Positions 25,400 through 38,625 of a stretch of 64,000 nt of DNA are shown here, in pieces (the first letter of the stretch is position 1; the number at the start of each line of letters is the position of its first letter). Position numbers and translations under genes: made by a program. This DNA is from Rhina ancylostomus (Eukaryota): the NCBI GenBank assembly GCA_030265395.1, contig JARFYF010000012.1:4063339-4127338 (forward strand), read 5' to 3'. A model generated the notes under the pieces. The model worked only from the letters and a program-made list of their open reading frames with translations. It was not told the DNA's origin and searched no databases.

Positions 25400-26085
25400 T
25401 TCAAATGTGAGGACAAGGGGGGACCTATCCCTGTTGGGTCTGGGAGAGGTGGGGGTGAGAGCAGAGGTGCAGTAAGTGGCAGAGATACGGGTGTGAGCTC
25501 TCTCAACCACAGTCGGGGGGAATCCCCAGCTGGAAAAGAATTTGGGCATCTCCAACGTCCTGGAGTGGACATGGGAGCAGATGCTGAGAAGTTGAGAAAA
25601 AGGGATAGCATCCTTGCAAGAGACAGGGTGGGAGGAGCTGTAATCAAGGTAGCTGTGGGCGTCATTGGGTTTGTAGAAGACGGTGGTGGACAAGGAAATT
25701 CCTGAGATGGAAATGGAAAGATCGAGTAAGGACAGAGAGGTGTCAGAGATAGTCCAAGTGAATTGGAGAGCAGGGTGAAAATTAGTGGCAAAATTTATGA
25801 AACTGTCGAGTTCCGCACGGGTACAGTGGCACCTATGCAATCGTCAAAATAGTAGAGAGTTGAGGAATGAGGCCAGAGTTCATTTGGAACAGACTGTTCA
25901 TTGTAGCCAACAAAGAGGCAGGCATAGCTGGAGCCCATTCAAGTGCCCGTAGCTGCACCCTTGTCTGTAGAACGTGAGAGGAATCAAAGGTGAAGTTGTT
26001 TAGGATGAGGACAAGTTCAGCCAGGAGGAGGAGAGTGTTAATGGAAGGGGACTGGTTCTGTCTCTGGTCAAGAAAGAAGCGGAGG
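25400..26085 (-). mobile_element. Penelope-like retroelement RT fragment, frameshifted
   Basis: Minus-strand LAELVLILNNFTFDSSH and ELDSFINFATNFHPALQFTWTIS...LDLSISI...VFYKPND.HSYLDYSSSHP.SCKDAIPFSQ are typical of PLE RT and its C-terminal region. Confidence 0.85.
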
Positions 26086-26214
26086 NNNNNNNNNNNNNNN
26101 NNNNNNNNNNNNNNNNNNNNNNNNNNNNNNNNNNNNNNNNNNNNNNNNNNNNNNNNNNNNNNNNNNNNNNNNNNNNNNNNNNNNNAGATAGATAGAGGTT
26201 TATGAGAAGCATAG

Positions 26215-26595
26215 ATAGATAGAGGTTTATGAGAAGCATAGATAGAGTGGACAGCTGGTACCTTTTTCCTAGGGTTGATGTGTCTAATACCAGAGGGCAT
26301 GCATTTAAGGTAAGTGGGGGGTAAAGTCAAAAGAGATGTGTGGGGTAAGTTTTTTTCCACACAGGATAGTGGATGCCTGGAATGTGCTGCCAGGGGTGGT
26401 GGTGGTGGAGGCAAATGTGATAGAGGCATTCAAGAGGCTCTTAGGCACATGATTGTGCAGGAAATGAAGGGATATAGACATTGTGTAAGCAGAAGGGATT
26501 AGTTTAGTTGGGCATTTGATTACTAATTTATTTAGTTTGATACAACATTGTGGGCCGAAGGGCCTGTTTTTGTGCTATACTGTCCTGTGTTCTAT
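26215..26595 (+). mobile_element. CR1/HER1 3' tail
   Basis: accagagggcatgcatttaagg...tgtgggccgaagggcctgtttttgtgctata. Confidence 0.85.
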
Positions 26596-28619
26596 GCTTT
26601 AATGAAATTTCAGTTTCTCAAATACTTGTGTTTGTTGTCTGGAATTTTCCATCTTTAAGTTTTGGAATTAAAAAAAGGGTATCTGGAGTAAATTTCTGAT
26701 TGATCCAACTTGAATATTTGAATCTGAAATGAACAATTTTCAACATGATCTCTTCCTGTCTATAATTGTGACACCATTATGAAGGGTAAGTGTACCTGGT
26801 GCTGTGAGTAGCTATGTACAAGAGCATTTCCCAGGAGTGCTACCCTACCCCTTTAGTATTTATTTCCACTCTGCATAAAAACAGTGTATTTGACAGAGTT
26901 TTATGGGAACCTGTGTGAATGTTGTTGAATATGGAATGGAGGTTTGAGGATTCCAGGAACATTGTCATTTGAACTTGGTTTGTATTTTGAAAGCATATTA
27001 GGTAGAAGAGGCTTAGACTAGTGTAGTATTTTTTGCATTCTCAGGATGTCCCATGTGCTTAACAGCTACATAAATCAAAAACTATATCTGTAGTACTGCA
27101 GGTAATTTGGTCTTTCTGTTTCAAAGATACAACAGAGAAAAAGGCTGAGGGATTTATCCCAGAAGACTGAGAGAATATGTTGGCAATGTATAATATTGTG
27201 GAAGATTTGGACAAATGGAATATAAGTCATCTCTTCTAATATGTACACATTTTAAGGGCAAGGCTGATACTTGCAAATTTAGAACAAAAGAATATAGATG
27301 GTAATTTATTGCACGAAGCAGGGATGCTAGGTATGTGGAATAGATTGTTGCCATTTTTGGTGGACCAGTGAACCTTGCTGTGCTTTTGAGAAAAAGCTAG
27401 GAAGGTTCTTGTTAAGGTTATTGCAGCAAAGGATTACAGTGGATTGAAAATTTGTAGTGACTGAAATTTTCTACATTGGATGTATTCAGAAGTTGAAAGA
27501 GAAATTCAAGAGTGTAATGCAGAAATAAAACCAAACTATTTATTTAAAAAAATCTAGCAATAACAGCTTCCATTTATATAGCACCTTTTACATAAATAAC
27601 CATCCTAAGGTGCTTCATGGGTTTGTTGGACAAGATTTGATTCTTAGCCAGATAAGGAAATACAAGAACAGTGATCAACCCCTTGGCGAAAGAAGAGAGT
27701 TTCAGAGTATCTCAAAGTATGTTTGACAGTAGGAAGGAAAAGAAATTTAGGAAGGCAATTTCAGAACTTTGCTTTAAGCTGTCTCTGGTGGANNNNNNNN
27801 NNNNNNNNNNNNNNNNNNNNNNNNNNNNNNNNNNNNNNNNNNNNNNNNNNNNNNNNNNNNNNNNNNNNNNNNNNNNNNNNNNNNNNNNNNNNNNNNNNNN
27901 NNNNNNNNNNNNNNNNNNNNNNNNNNNNNNNNNNNNNNNNNNNNNTCCGTGTGTGGATAGTGAAACAGAGTTAACGTATTGGATTGAAAACCATTAGAAC
28001 TGGGAAAGAGGAACAAAAGGTTAATTTTAAATTGTGGACAAGAGGGCAGGGGATGGATAGGAGAAAAGGAATATCTGTGGTAGGTTGAGGCTAGGGTTGC
28101 TGTGGCGATGTGCTGTTAATAGAGACAGTTATTAGACTGTGATAAACAAGTGTAACGTGTTGCAAGTAACAAGTCAGTGTGCTCAAGTGTTGAGGGGAGG
28201 AGAAAGTACTGAGCCAATATCACAGACTGACCTGCAGCAAAATTAGCCGGTTCTGACATAGTCAGAGAAAGCAAATTATCAGAAGTTGGAGAAAACGATA
28301 ATATATCTGAATGGCTGCAATATCTTCATAGGGGAGATGAGGTGCTGTTCCTCAAGCTTGATTTGGGCCTTGGTTATGAGAGAGTTGAAGGCCACTGGCA
28401 GATGGATCAGAGTGGGAGTAGAATGGAAAATTAAAGATAAGTCAGTTTGGGGGTGCCTAACTCAAGGTTAAAACACGAGAATGTCAGCAATAGATCTTGT
28501 TCTTAGAAATAGCTCCATCGTTGTCAGATGGAGTTAGCAAGTTCAGTAAAGAAATCAAACTACAGGAAGTTTAATCTGGGAGTAGTCCATCCAGTGCTTT
28601 ATTATTTTCAGAAAGACAA

Positions 28620-28822
28620 TGGACTGTAGATGCTGAAGAAAAACAAAACTGCTGGATGAACTCAGCAGGTCAAGCAACATCTTTTTGGTGGGGGGGAGGG
28701 AAATTGTCAACACTTTGGGTCAAGACATTGGGTCCTGATGCAGGGTCTCAACTCATTGTTGACAATTCCTTTCCCCCCTCAGATGCTGCTCAACTTGCTG
28801 AGTTCCTCCAGCAGTTTGTTTA
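28620..28822. mobile_element. Palindromic Penelope-terminus-derived element (MITE-like); relatives at ~20205-20315, 22670-22770, 23460-23645, 31195-31295, 42020-42120, 51330-51450, 58770-58920
   Basis: Arms aaactgctggatgaactcagcaggtcaagcaacatct and agatgctgctcaacttgctgagttcctccagcagttt are imperfect reverse complements. Confidence 0.7.
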
Positions 28823-29033
28823 TTGATCTTTACTTTCAGCCTGTTAGCATTAAATTGTGTGACTTCTAAGTGGGTAACTTTGGTGTTCATTTGCACCAAA
28901 GTGTGTTAGCTTATTACCCCAGTTAATTTTTTTTTGTAGCATTTTAGCTTGGTATACTTCTGGGGGGAAAAAATGTGCACACAACCAAAATATCTATCAC
29001 CTTGGGGTTATTGATACGTGTTTCTTTATCCAG

Positions 29034-29133
29034 ATGGAGTGCTTGACCTGTCTACTAAGAAGAGTCCTTGTGCTGGCAATGTTTCTGCAAGCAAGTTTCT
29101 GGATTGCTCCTCTTCTGCTGTTTTAGCCAAAGG
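29034..29133 (+). CDS. LCOR: LCOR coding exon 2, 100 nt, phase 1->2: DGVLDLSTKKSPCAGNVSASKFLDCSSSAVLAKG, with the second CtBP motif VLDLS; absent from the ORF track
   Basis: Acceptor tttctttatccag|AT and donor AAAGG|gtaagc. DGVLDLSTKKSPCAG matches recalled human LCOR, and the phases join both neighbouring exons. Confidence 0.96.
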
Positions 29134-31889
29134 GTAAGCATGAAGACTGTCTGAAACTGCTTTTACCCTTTAAGTAGTTCACCTGTTTAAATACAGAANN
29201 NNNNNNNNNNNNNNNNNNNNNNNNNNNNNNNNNNNNNNNNNNNNNNNNNNNNNNNNNNNNNNNNNNNNNNNNNNNNNNNNNNNNNNNNNNNNNNNNNNAT
29301 GCTGGGTGTTTCTTTGTCCTCCAATTATTTTTAAGGGATTTCCCCCTTGACTTCAACAATACAATAATTGCAACATTATTTTGGGTAACTTTTCATCTTG
29401 GGGCATTTTATTAACTCCATTTATATGATATTGTTTCTTATGGCACAGTCCTCAATTAAAATTTTCCTTATTTACGTTAATTTTTTTTAGGATTTTTTTT
29501 TTACCTGATATGTTTTCTTCAAAATCACGTACCAAAATTTAGGTTGTTCTGTTGACATTATTTCAGCATTTATGTAGCATAATAAAACAAAGTCCATGAC
29601 CCTGATGTATGACAAATGGGAGGGGAGTGGAAGTGGAAATGTAATGTCTGCCTTTTGATTGGTGTGTTTGGCCAAGTCAATGCTGCCTTTGTACAGTACA
29701 GTGCTATCTCTACAGAGTTTCTTCTGTAGTTCTCAAATTACACAAGGCCCCCATACCATGTCTTTCCAGGTAGTGAACCTCATGATGTGCAATTATATAC
29801 CTGTTTTCATAACCATGCAGAAGTTGGATCTGGAAAAACAAAAAAAAACTTCTAATTTTTTTTTGTTGGTTTTTCCGAAATGCATTGAAATAACTTCTTT
29901 AGATGCAGGTGATGATGATTTTGGTTGTATGGAAAATGATTTAGAAATTTACCTCCTAAGCAGAATGAACAACAGATATCTCTGGAGAATAGAGCCTGGA
30001 ATTAAATTATGCCTTTCGAAACTGAGTGATTAGGGTTGTCCACTCAAAGTGTTCTGAAGTTACTGGAGATCAAATATTACTGTCCTGGACACTGTTATGA
30101 GCAGGAGATTGGGAATAATTTTTAGTCAGGGATGTAAAGCTGAGATGAGGAAGTATGATTCGATGTGGGGATGGTGGGAGAAGCAGTTAGGAATATTGAT
30201 AGAAGAGGGGGAAAGAAACAGGGCACCAATATTTCCAAGAGAACTGAAGAGCAGTAGTAACGTGGTAAATGGAATTGGTCCCAAAAGGAAAAACAGCCAT
30301 TTAAGTCAAATAGTGAATAAAACCAGGATTCTTACTAGAAGAAACAAGTAAGAAGGAAAGTTTCTGAGGGTGATAGTATCATGGGATACCTTGCCATGAG
30401 TGGCTATTCAGACATGTCATTTTAAAAGTGTGGATGTATTCTATGAAGAATAAATATCAAAGTATCTTGGGAGGGAATATGGTTATAGGAGTGAGCATGG
30501 GTACTAGGAGTCAAATGGCTACCTCTTGAGCTGAAATTTCTCTGAAGAGTAACTCCTCCCTTTGAGTCCAGTTCAGGGGAGTAGTTTAGAAATGTTGCTG
30601 TTGAATTGAGTTTAGAATGAGATTCTGTGAGAAATATGCTCAACATTGAGCCTTCAGCCCTCCTCTCTGATCTGTCAGTTGGGATTGTATTGGTTCACGC
30701 CAGTCAGTTTTCAAATGGCGCCTGAGTACAGAGTTGCTCTGACTGAGGATACCAATTCAGAGTTGAACCTTCAAGCTGTACTCGTGAAACAGAAGATATG
30801 AAGGAAGGTTTAGTACTGATGATAGATGTTATGTGAATAGAATAGCACCTGTTCAAACCTCCTGGAATGTTTCCAGGCAGAGCTAGGAACCCTATTGTGG
30901 CTGGAATACATGCCTGACTAAGGGTTTGTTCACTTTAATATTCAAATTTAGGTCCTGTGACATACAGAAAGATAAGATACAGATGGGTGGATTGTGCACT
31001 GTTCCATCTCCACAATTTTAGCTGGCAGACCAACTGAATACAAGTTCCAGAGTAAATTTTTTAACTTTGTGAGCTTGTGTGCTACATTGAGTTTCATTAA
31101 AACAAATGGGCTGAGATGTAGGACCTTCTGTGAAAAGGCCTCTTTTTCTCCACTCCAGCACCCCAAATACCCTATCAGTTTCTTAGTTTGGGTTAGAAGC
31201 AGAAAATGCTGGAAATGCTCAGCAGGTCAGGCAGCATCTATGGAAAGAGAAATAAAGTTAATGTTTCATTTTGAAGACTCCTCATCAGACCTCCTCTTAG
31301 CCTGGATTTTGACAAGGTCACCTGATATTGCCTCGACTCATCATAGGTAGGTTGCCGGACATGCACTGTTTTTTCCCAAGCCCAATGTTATTAAGACCCA
31401 CTCTCTGATCAGGCCAGGTCTCCAAATGTGACTAACTACAGTTGATGTCCCTATTGGATACTTCATTTTTAAGAAAACTACAGCTTTTATTTAAAAAAAG
31501 TAAAATTTTGAATGGCTGGTGTGGACCCTTTCCAATGGTTGTAATTCAGTATCGTAGCACAGTACATCTATTTTGTATGGTTGTGAATAGTTCTGATAAT
31601 TACTGGTATAATTTTAGAGAGACAAAGGTTTTGTGTTCATTTGCCAGTCAACGTTGCTGAATGATCATGATAGGACAACAGTGAAAGGACCTGAAATTGA
31701 CTAGTATCTATAAACTATGAAACTGTCCCTCTTCCTCATTCCTATTCTCTTTGGGGTGGTGGGGGGGAGAAGAGGAATTACTGGTGTAGCTTCAACTCTT
31801 AAAATATATATAACAAATATTTAATTGCACTTGATTCCATGAACAACATTTGATATTCTCCACTGATTACCCACTTCCTCAAAAGTAAT

Positions 31890-32003
31890 AATTGGCAATT
31901 TTTCCTACATTATAGTAATGATCAAAAGTACTTCACTGGCTGTGAAGTGATTGGATATGTCCTCATTCTGTAAAAGATGTTCTGTGAATGCAAGTTCTTT
32001 CTT
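31890..32003 (+). mobile_element. DeuSINE/SacSINE1-like 3' remnant
   Basis: ttcctacattatagtaatgatcaaaagtacttcactggctgtgaagtg...gaatgcaagttc; matches the tail at 60650-60745. Confidence 0.55.
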
Positions 32004-35000
32004 TTAGAATTAAAAGCTAATCTTTGAATTCCACAAGATGGGTCAACCAAACAAGTGGTTACGTGCAGTGTATTTTGAAGACTATGGGCAATTCTTATGT
32101 AATAGGGCGTATCTTTATTTCTAGAACTGGCCATTTATGACCTTATCCTTTTAGGGCCAAATAATTAATTTTGTGGGTTTTTTTTGGTAAAATTGCACAG
32201 CAATGTCCCTGTATATTGCCGGCAGTACAATATCTAACAGGTTTCTCACATTCTTAAGGTAAATAAAATTCAAAGCTGCTGCAAAATAAGATTTTGGAGC
32301 ATTTACCAATTAGTTTCAAGTGTCATGTTTCTTTCCAGTGTACATTTTCTCATAGGATTAGTACTTGGCAAAATAGAACTACTGTAATTTACAGAGGTTC
32401 CGAATGAACACAGCCCTGTTCAACATTGCAAGATATTAATATTGTACTCTGGAGCAGTTATTTGAAAGCTGATTTTGTTTGTACATGAACCTGATCCCTA
32501 CTGCTTCTCTTGTATTTCTTTGTTGCCATAATATCCTCCTTCCACCCTTTTGAAAACTGGTTTTCCCAGATGCTGCATGGTTCAGTGTTACTTTTACAGA
32601 TTACAACACCAGTTATAGAAGAAGTGAAAATGCATGATTATATCAGTTATAAATCCACAATAAGGAAACTAACTTCAGAATAATTATGGGTGCCTGTACT
32701 TTTCCTTGTTGTTTACCAGCATGCTGGAAATATTCAGTGGAACTGTACTGCATATGCAAGTGTTGGCCATCTTCAGTTGTACAGTTTCCACTTGATTATT
32801 TACTGAATTGAGTGGATTTCATTTTTTTAATCAATCTTGCCTATAAAGAAAATCTTAGGTAAGTACTTAGAGTTCACTATATTCTTTAGATGAGAGTTGA
32901 ATCTGAGGATCAAAAAACATATCAACTCTAGTGGGAAAATGTGAAGGAGAATATGCAAGTATTGTTACTAAGATATACAAACAAAATCAAAAATAATTAT
33001 TCCAGTTGTTTATCTCATTTCTTCTTGTGGGTTATTGCTAGCATAGGTTTGAAACTGCATTTGTTTGCTTTATGAATATTCTGGCAAATGCTTTGAGAAT
33101 CGCTGATTTGTAAAGACATAATATTAATTCATATATTGTACTAAAACAAGAGTACTTATTTGAGTTGTTACTTTTTTTAATATAAGGAAGTCATTTTTTC
33201 CTTCCTTTTAATTTTCTTTTCAAAGCTTCCATACCCCAGATAGAAACCAGTAACAAACAGTATTAAAATGTGTGATGTTTATAGATTTAACTAAACTGAA
33301 AAAATAATTTGGTCATGAACCTTGTATTTCTGTAATAAATCACGACAATTATGTGATGATCTCAAACTCGTGGTCAATGAGGGTCAATGCAGTTGATCAG
33401 CGTATCCACTTGTGTTCACGTGACTTTGGATTGACAAACTGAATTTTAAGGCACTTAGTTTGTGGAACTCAAATTCGGTAAAATGCATTCTTTGTAGATT
33501 TGATGTGAGCAAATGAAATGGGAAATACAGTTTGGGGAAGCATTTAAGTGTAGCAATTCTAGCTTTTTTAAATTTACCCTCTCTTTAAAACAATCTAAAA
33601 AGTTTATTGTAACAAGTGTCTAAGAGTATACACTTAATTTGTAAGACTTCTGAAGATGGTATGGAAGTCGCACAAAGTCCCCATTTTCTGAAAGAATTGT
33701 GCACTCTCAGTAGCTTTTGTTTTTAGAATTTTAATCCTATGAAGTCATCCTTTTTCAATATGCTGCAACTTTGCACAAATGCTCACTGTTAAGCATGTTT
33801 TTATTTGAACTGGATAAGAGATTTACCAGTACAACAGTACATTAGATGTGCTCTCATCTTGTTGTTTATCCTGCAAGATGTGTATATTTTAATTAAAATT
33901 ATGGGAATGAATCTTACAAGAGGCAAGTCCCAGTGCTTATACTGTTAATTCTGGCTTCCATTGCCCAGCAGATTTGCTGGTTGAACTTTTAACAAAGGAC
34001 TGTGTGTTGGGAAACTGACTGCGTTGGATATAAAGCTGATTTTACATTCCACTCTATCCTCTGAAGTTGAGAGTCGGTAATATTGAGTAGGATGCAAAAT
34101 TGACAATCCACCCAACTCCACAGGTCTCCTGCAAGGTGAATTAGAATAAAATGACCTCCGTAAGTCCAGATAAACCTCTGTATATGAGTAAGTTGCCAAA
34201 GAATGGGACAATTCAATTAACAGTATAAATTCCCAGAAATGCTCACTGATGGAGAAGTTTTGAAACAAAAATAAGAAAAATGTCAGTGTAAATATAGGTC
34301 TGTTATCTTGATGCAAGGCAATTTGTCAGCTTGGTTATGAGTTAACTATTGTGATTTCATTTAAAACAATGTGAACAAGAAAGGGAGGCATGGGTTCCTT
34401 GTGTTATGCCTATTGACGTGATATTCTGGAACTCTATTTTAGTGGATTTCAAATTACGCCTATTGGTGTACATGTATAAAAGCTTTCAAGTCCAGATGAA
34501 AAACACAACTACAGATCTAATCCTTTTGAGACATTGATTAAATATGGTGGTAATAGTGGTTACAGTGGAAACCTATTTCAAGCATTTGGGATTAACTGTG
34601 ATTTCCTTCCCCTCCACTACAGCACTACCCCGATCACAACCATCTCCCTCCCCGTGTGCATCATATTGGGAAATTTGAATTCTGGAACAATGTTGTTGTT
34701 CCAATAGCAGCATTAGTAGGTGGGCCACCATCAATTTGGTTTTCCCTCAACAAGTTAACTTATCTGCAGTATTTTGCTCCCTCTATTTACATTGCTCTAG
34801 AATTTTGACGCAAAATTACCAAGATTTATGATTCATTCATTATATTTCTGTGCTTCACATTCAGTTGGCTGAATGTGGTGATGAACATGCTTGCAAAATA
34901 TTTGACTGTCATTAAATTGAAACATTAAATTATAACGTTACATGAGAAAGTCTGTAAATGTACTGGCCCCATATGTTAAAGTGTGAAAACATTCAAATTA

Positions 35001-38000
35001 GTAGGATTCTACAAAAACCTTGTACTGTCACACTTCCTAACCACATTTTTATTGCTGCATCTGTTGGTATAATTATGGAACAGAACAATAACCTTCAGGT
35101 TGAAAACTGATACCAACCACAAATTTTGCTTGCGTTCCAAAACTCACTATATGTGGCTATTAAGTGCAAATATTTTTAAATGCAGCATGAGAATCTGAGT
35201 GGTAGGCAGTACATGTAGCTTGTTAGAATGACTCCATGCTCTTCGGACCAGTTACATATCGACTGTCACTTATCTATTTCCAAATTGATTGGTCTCAATC
35301 CAGTAGACCATTGTTAATTTAGAGCTCCCACTAGTGCTGTGCTTGTAAATATAAATAACTGTTCTTACAAATATAAATAACTTAACCTTTTGCTATTCAA
35401 ACAACAATTGAAGCTAATTGGTGTGACCTTTGCAAGCATTGTCCAATCTCTTAAATGTCTGGAACAGTTTTAATCTGCTCAATTTTAATTTTTTTTAACT
35501 CTTTACACAGTTTTCTGCCATCACCTTGGGAATATTTATAACCTATTCACTGTAAATTAATTGTCTCTGATACATCCTACTCAGCTGTCAAAAGGTGATA
35601 TTGAGATTCTACAGCATGATTGATTGAACTTTGCATGAAATAGAAAGGACCAAGTTCTTGAATTCGCTCTGTTAATAAGCCATTGAGTAACTGAAACTCT
35701 CAGAAATATTATGTTGATTCCTGTAGGGTAATCTTAAACTTGTTCACCAGATAGGAAATCCATGGAATCTGCTGGATTGTTGGCTTTACAGCTCTTGCAG
35801 TATTGTTCTCTACTGACTTCATTGGGGAATAAAGACCAGTAATACATAAAACCAGGATTCTGCCCAATTCCATGGGTTCCAGGGAGGTGAAGTCATTATG
35901 TTAACACTTCTCTTTTAATATACAAGTCCTCTTAAGCCAAAGTAACAGACAACATAGCCCAATTTTTGTCAGAGTGTTTGTACTAGAATTTGGTTCTCAA
36001 ATTTATTTTGTGTAGTGGACCTGGGAAGTAGGCAATTCACCCAATTATGAGGACCAGCACCACAGGATTTCTTTGAACAAGGGCCTTTGTTTAAAAAAAA
36101 GCAAGGTTCTATTGTATTGATATTTACAGTACAATTGTTTANNNNNNNNNNNNNNNNNNNNNNNNNNNNNNNNNNGTACAGGCCATTTCACTTCCACTTC
36201 TCTCCCCCCCCCACCCCCCCCCCCCCAAGCATTGTATCCATACAATCTTTACAAGCTCATTCACTGCATGGCATCATAACCAAGGGTTCCTAGTGGCATC
36301 GATTAGGCAGGCTTGTCAATCTAATAGTTTCCAGAGTACTACAGTATTGCTAGCTTAATTTCTGTGTCATTGATAAAGGTTCAGCAACCATCTTTGGCAT
36401 CAGAATACCTTGTTTTTGTGGATATGTTGCTATCACAGACTGTGGTTGAGATTTAGAGTAGTGGAAGGAGCTAGTTATCTGGTTGATTTGTACACAAGCA
36501 AAGTCTTGGTGTACTGGTTAAGTGAAAGTTCTTCACAGGCCATGTGGGCCACCAATTGTGCAATTGTTGTCTCCAAATTATGAAGAGGCATTTAAGTCAA
36601 AAGTTCCCAATCTTGATGCCTATCCTGGCCCTGGCTGAAAGTCTTTGAACATTGGCTGAGGATACTGTTGGGCTTGAATATAATGATCCCAATAGTTGAT
36701 GAACCACCACCTTGCCTCACCATCCTAATTTTTCTTGAGGAATTGGTCTTCCTCAAGAATTGGTCTTGAGGAAAGCATCCAATAGCTTCTAGTGATTTAG
36801 AGAATGCTTTAATAAAAGAAGAGAATAATACAAAATAAATAGAATAGTTGAGTAATACTTTCACTAACAGCAATGCATTTTCCATTCACTGATGCTAATT
36901 GATAATCCTGGAGGTCTACAATGAATTCCCTAATTTATGTAGTTTGATTTTCAACAAACGGGTTGTTTGCTAGATTATCTGAAGGAGTTTCATTTTCTGT
37001 TTTCTATTTATGACAATGCCTTGCACACTTCAATTTGCACAACATGAACTGACTGCACCGCGATTATTTGCTTCCCTGAAGTTGTTAAATAAATGTTCAG
37101 TTTCTGATATTTCTATTTTTTTGAAATTGTTTTGGGGCTGAGCTTACTTAAATTCTAGTTTTCATTTGTTTACATGCTTGTGCCCAGCTTTGTTGATTGG
37201 ACTGTGTTTATGTTGTAGTGGTAAGATCATGTAATTTAAAACTGCAGCAAAAAGTGTACTTTCTAAGTTTTGGATCAGTAGATCAATGTTATGATGGTCT
37301 TTTGTGAATTTGTATGGAAACTAGCTAATATACTTAGAATTCCTAAACTGAATTTAGTTTCCTAAGGGACTATTTTCATGGAAAAGTTGCTTTTGCATCT
37401 TGAGGAGAAAGAGAAGCAGGTTATTCCCTTTATTTTAGTCTAAATCTTTCACTTCAAGGCTCTGCTGGAAAAATGGTTCACTCCTCTGACCTCGTCAAAT
37501 CTAATTTACAATGGGTGCTTGACTGTAACATACTCAAAGTGGAATGGTATCAAGTGAATGGGGTTTCAACTGCCAGAGAGCCTCCATAAACAGCATAAAG
37601 AATCTATGGGCTCCGACAGCATCTTTCATGAAGCCAGCCATTCAAAACTGATAGAACACAACTGTCTTTGCTCAGTATTTAATTAGTCAACAAAAGAAAT
37701 GTCTTCTCCACCGCTGGACTAGATAGAACATGAGAAATTATGATTAGAGACCATCAAAAATCAAAAGCATCAAATGTTCTGGATAGATTACACGTTGTGT
37801 ACTCTCCCCTTCAGGTTACCAAGGGACAAGATGAGAGGATTGTTCCCTAATGTTATGGAGAGTATCAGAAAAAGCAAGAAGACTTTGGCTTTAGTCTTGA
37901 AAGGAGCTTTCCAAATGTCCAGAAAGATATATTAAGTACAATGGAAACAGAAGCTCAGACCATAATTTTAAATTAAGTTGCTAAGGTCAGATTTGCATAT

Positions 38001-38134
38001 GGTATTTTGGGATAGCAACCAGGACATTGTGATTTCAAGTAATCTATCATCAAATCACGGAAGGAATGGTGGAGCTGAATCATTTGGGAACTACTTTGGC
38101 TAAAGGAAAGCTTGTACTTCACTAAGTGGAAGAA

Positions 38135-38625
38135 CTTATATTGGTCAAAACTCTAGTTAGACCACATTTAGAGCACTGTGTTCAGTTTTGGTCGCCGCAT
38201 TATAGGAAGAATGTGGAGGCGTTGGAGAGGGTGCAGAGGAGATTTACCAGGATGCTGCCTGGATTAGAGTGTATGGAATATGAGGAGNNNNNNNNNNNNN
38301 NNNNNNNNNNNNNNNNNNNNNNNNNNNNNNNNNNNNNNNNNNNNNNNNNNNNNNNNNNNNNNNNNNNNNNNNNNNNNNNNNNNNNNNGGAGATGTCAGAG
38401 GGAGGTTTTTCACCCAGAGAGTAGTTGGTGCATGGAATGCGCTGCCTGGGGTGGTGGTGGAGGCAGATATGTTGGATAGGTTCAAGAGGTTGTTGGATAG
38501 GCACATGGAGGAATGTGGAATAGAGGGATATGTGGGAGGAAGGTTAGATGGTGTGAAGTGTGGTTTGATGGGCGGCACAACATGGTGGGCCGAAGGGCCT
38601 GTATTGTGCTGTTGCTCTATGGTCT
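38135..38625 (+). mobile_element. Young CR1/HER1 3' fragment spanning a gap
   Basis: KTLVRPHLEHCVQFWSPHYRKNVEALERVQRRFTRMLPGLE and FFTQRVVGAWNALP; canonical tail. Confidence 0.9.

Noticed and set aside
25118-25791. Overlapping 155-195 aa ORFs on both strands
   Set aside because: They are shadow frames of the Penelope RT fragment.
26186-26245. 27-nt tandem repeat (agatagatagaggtttatgagaagcat)
   Set aside because: It abuts a gap at a CR1 truncation point; a local duplication or artefact.
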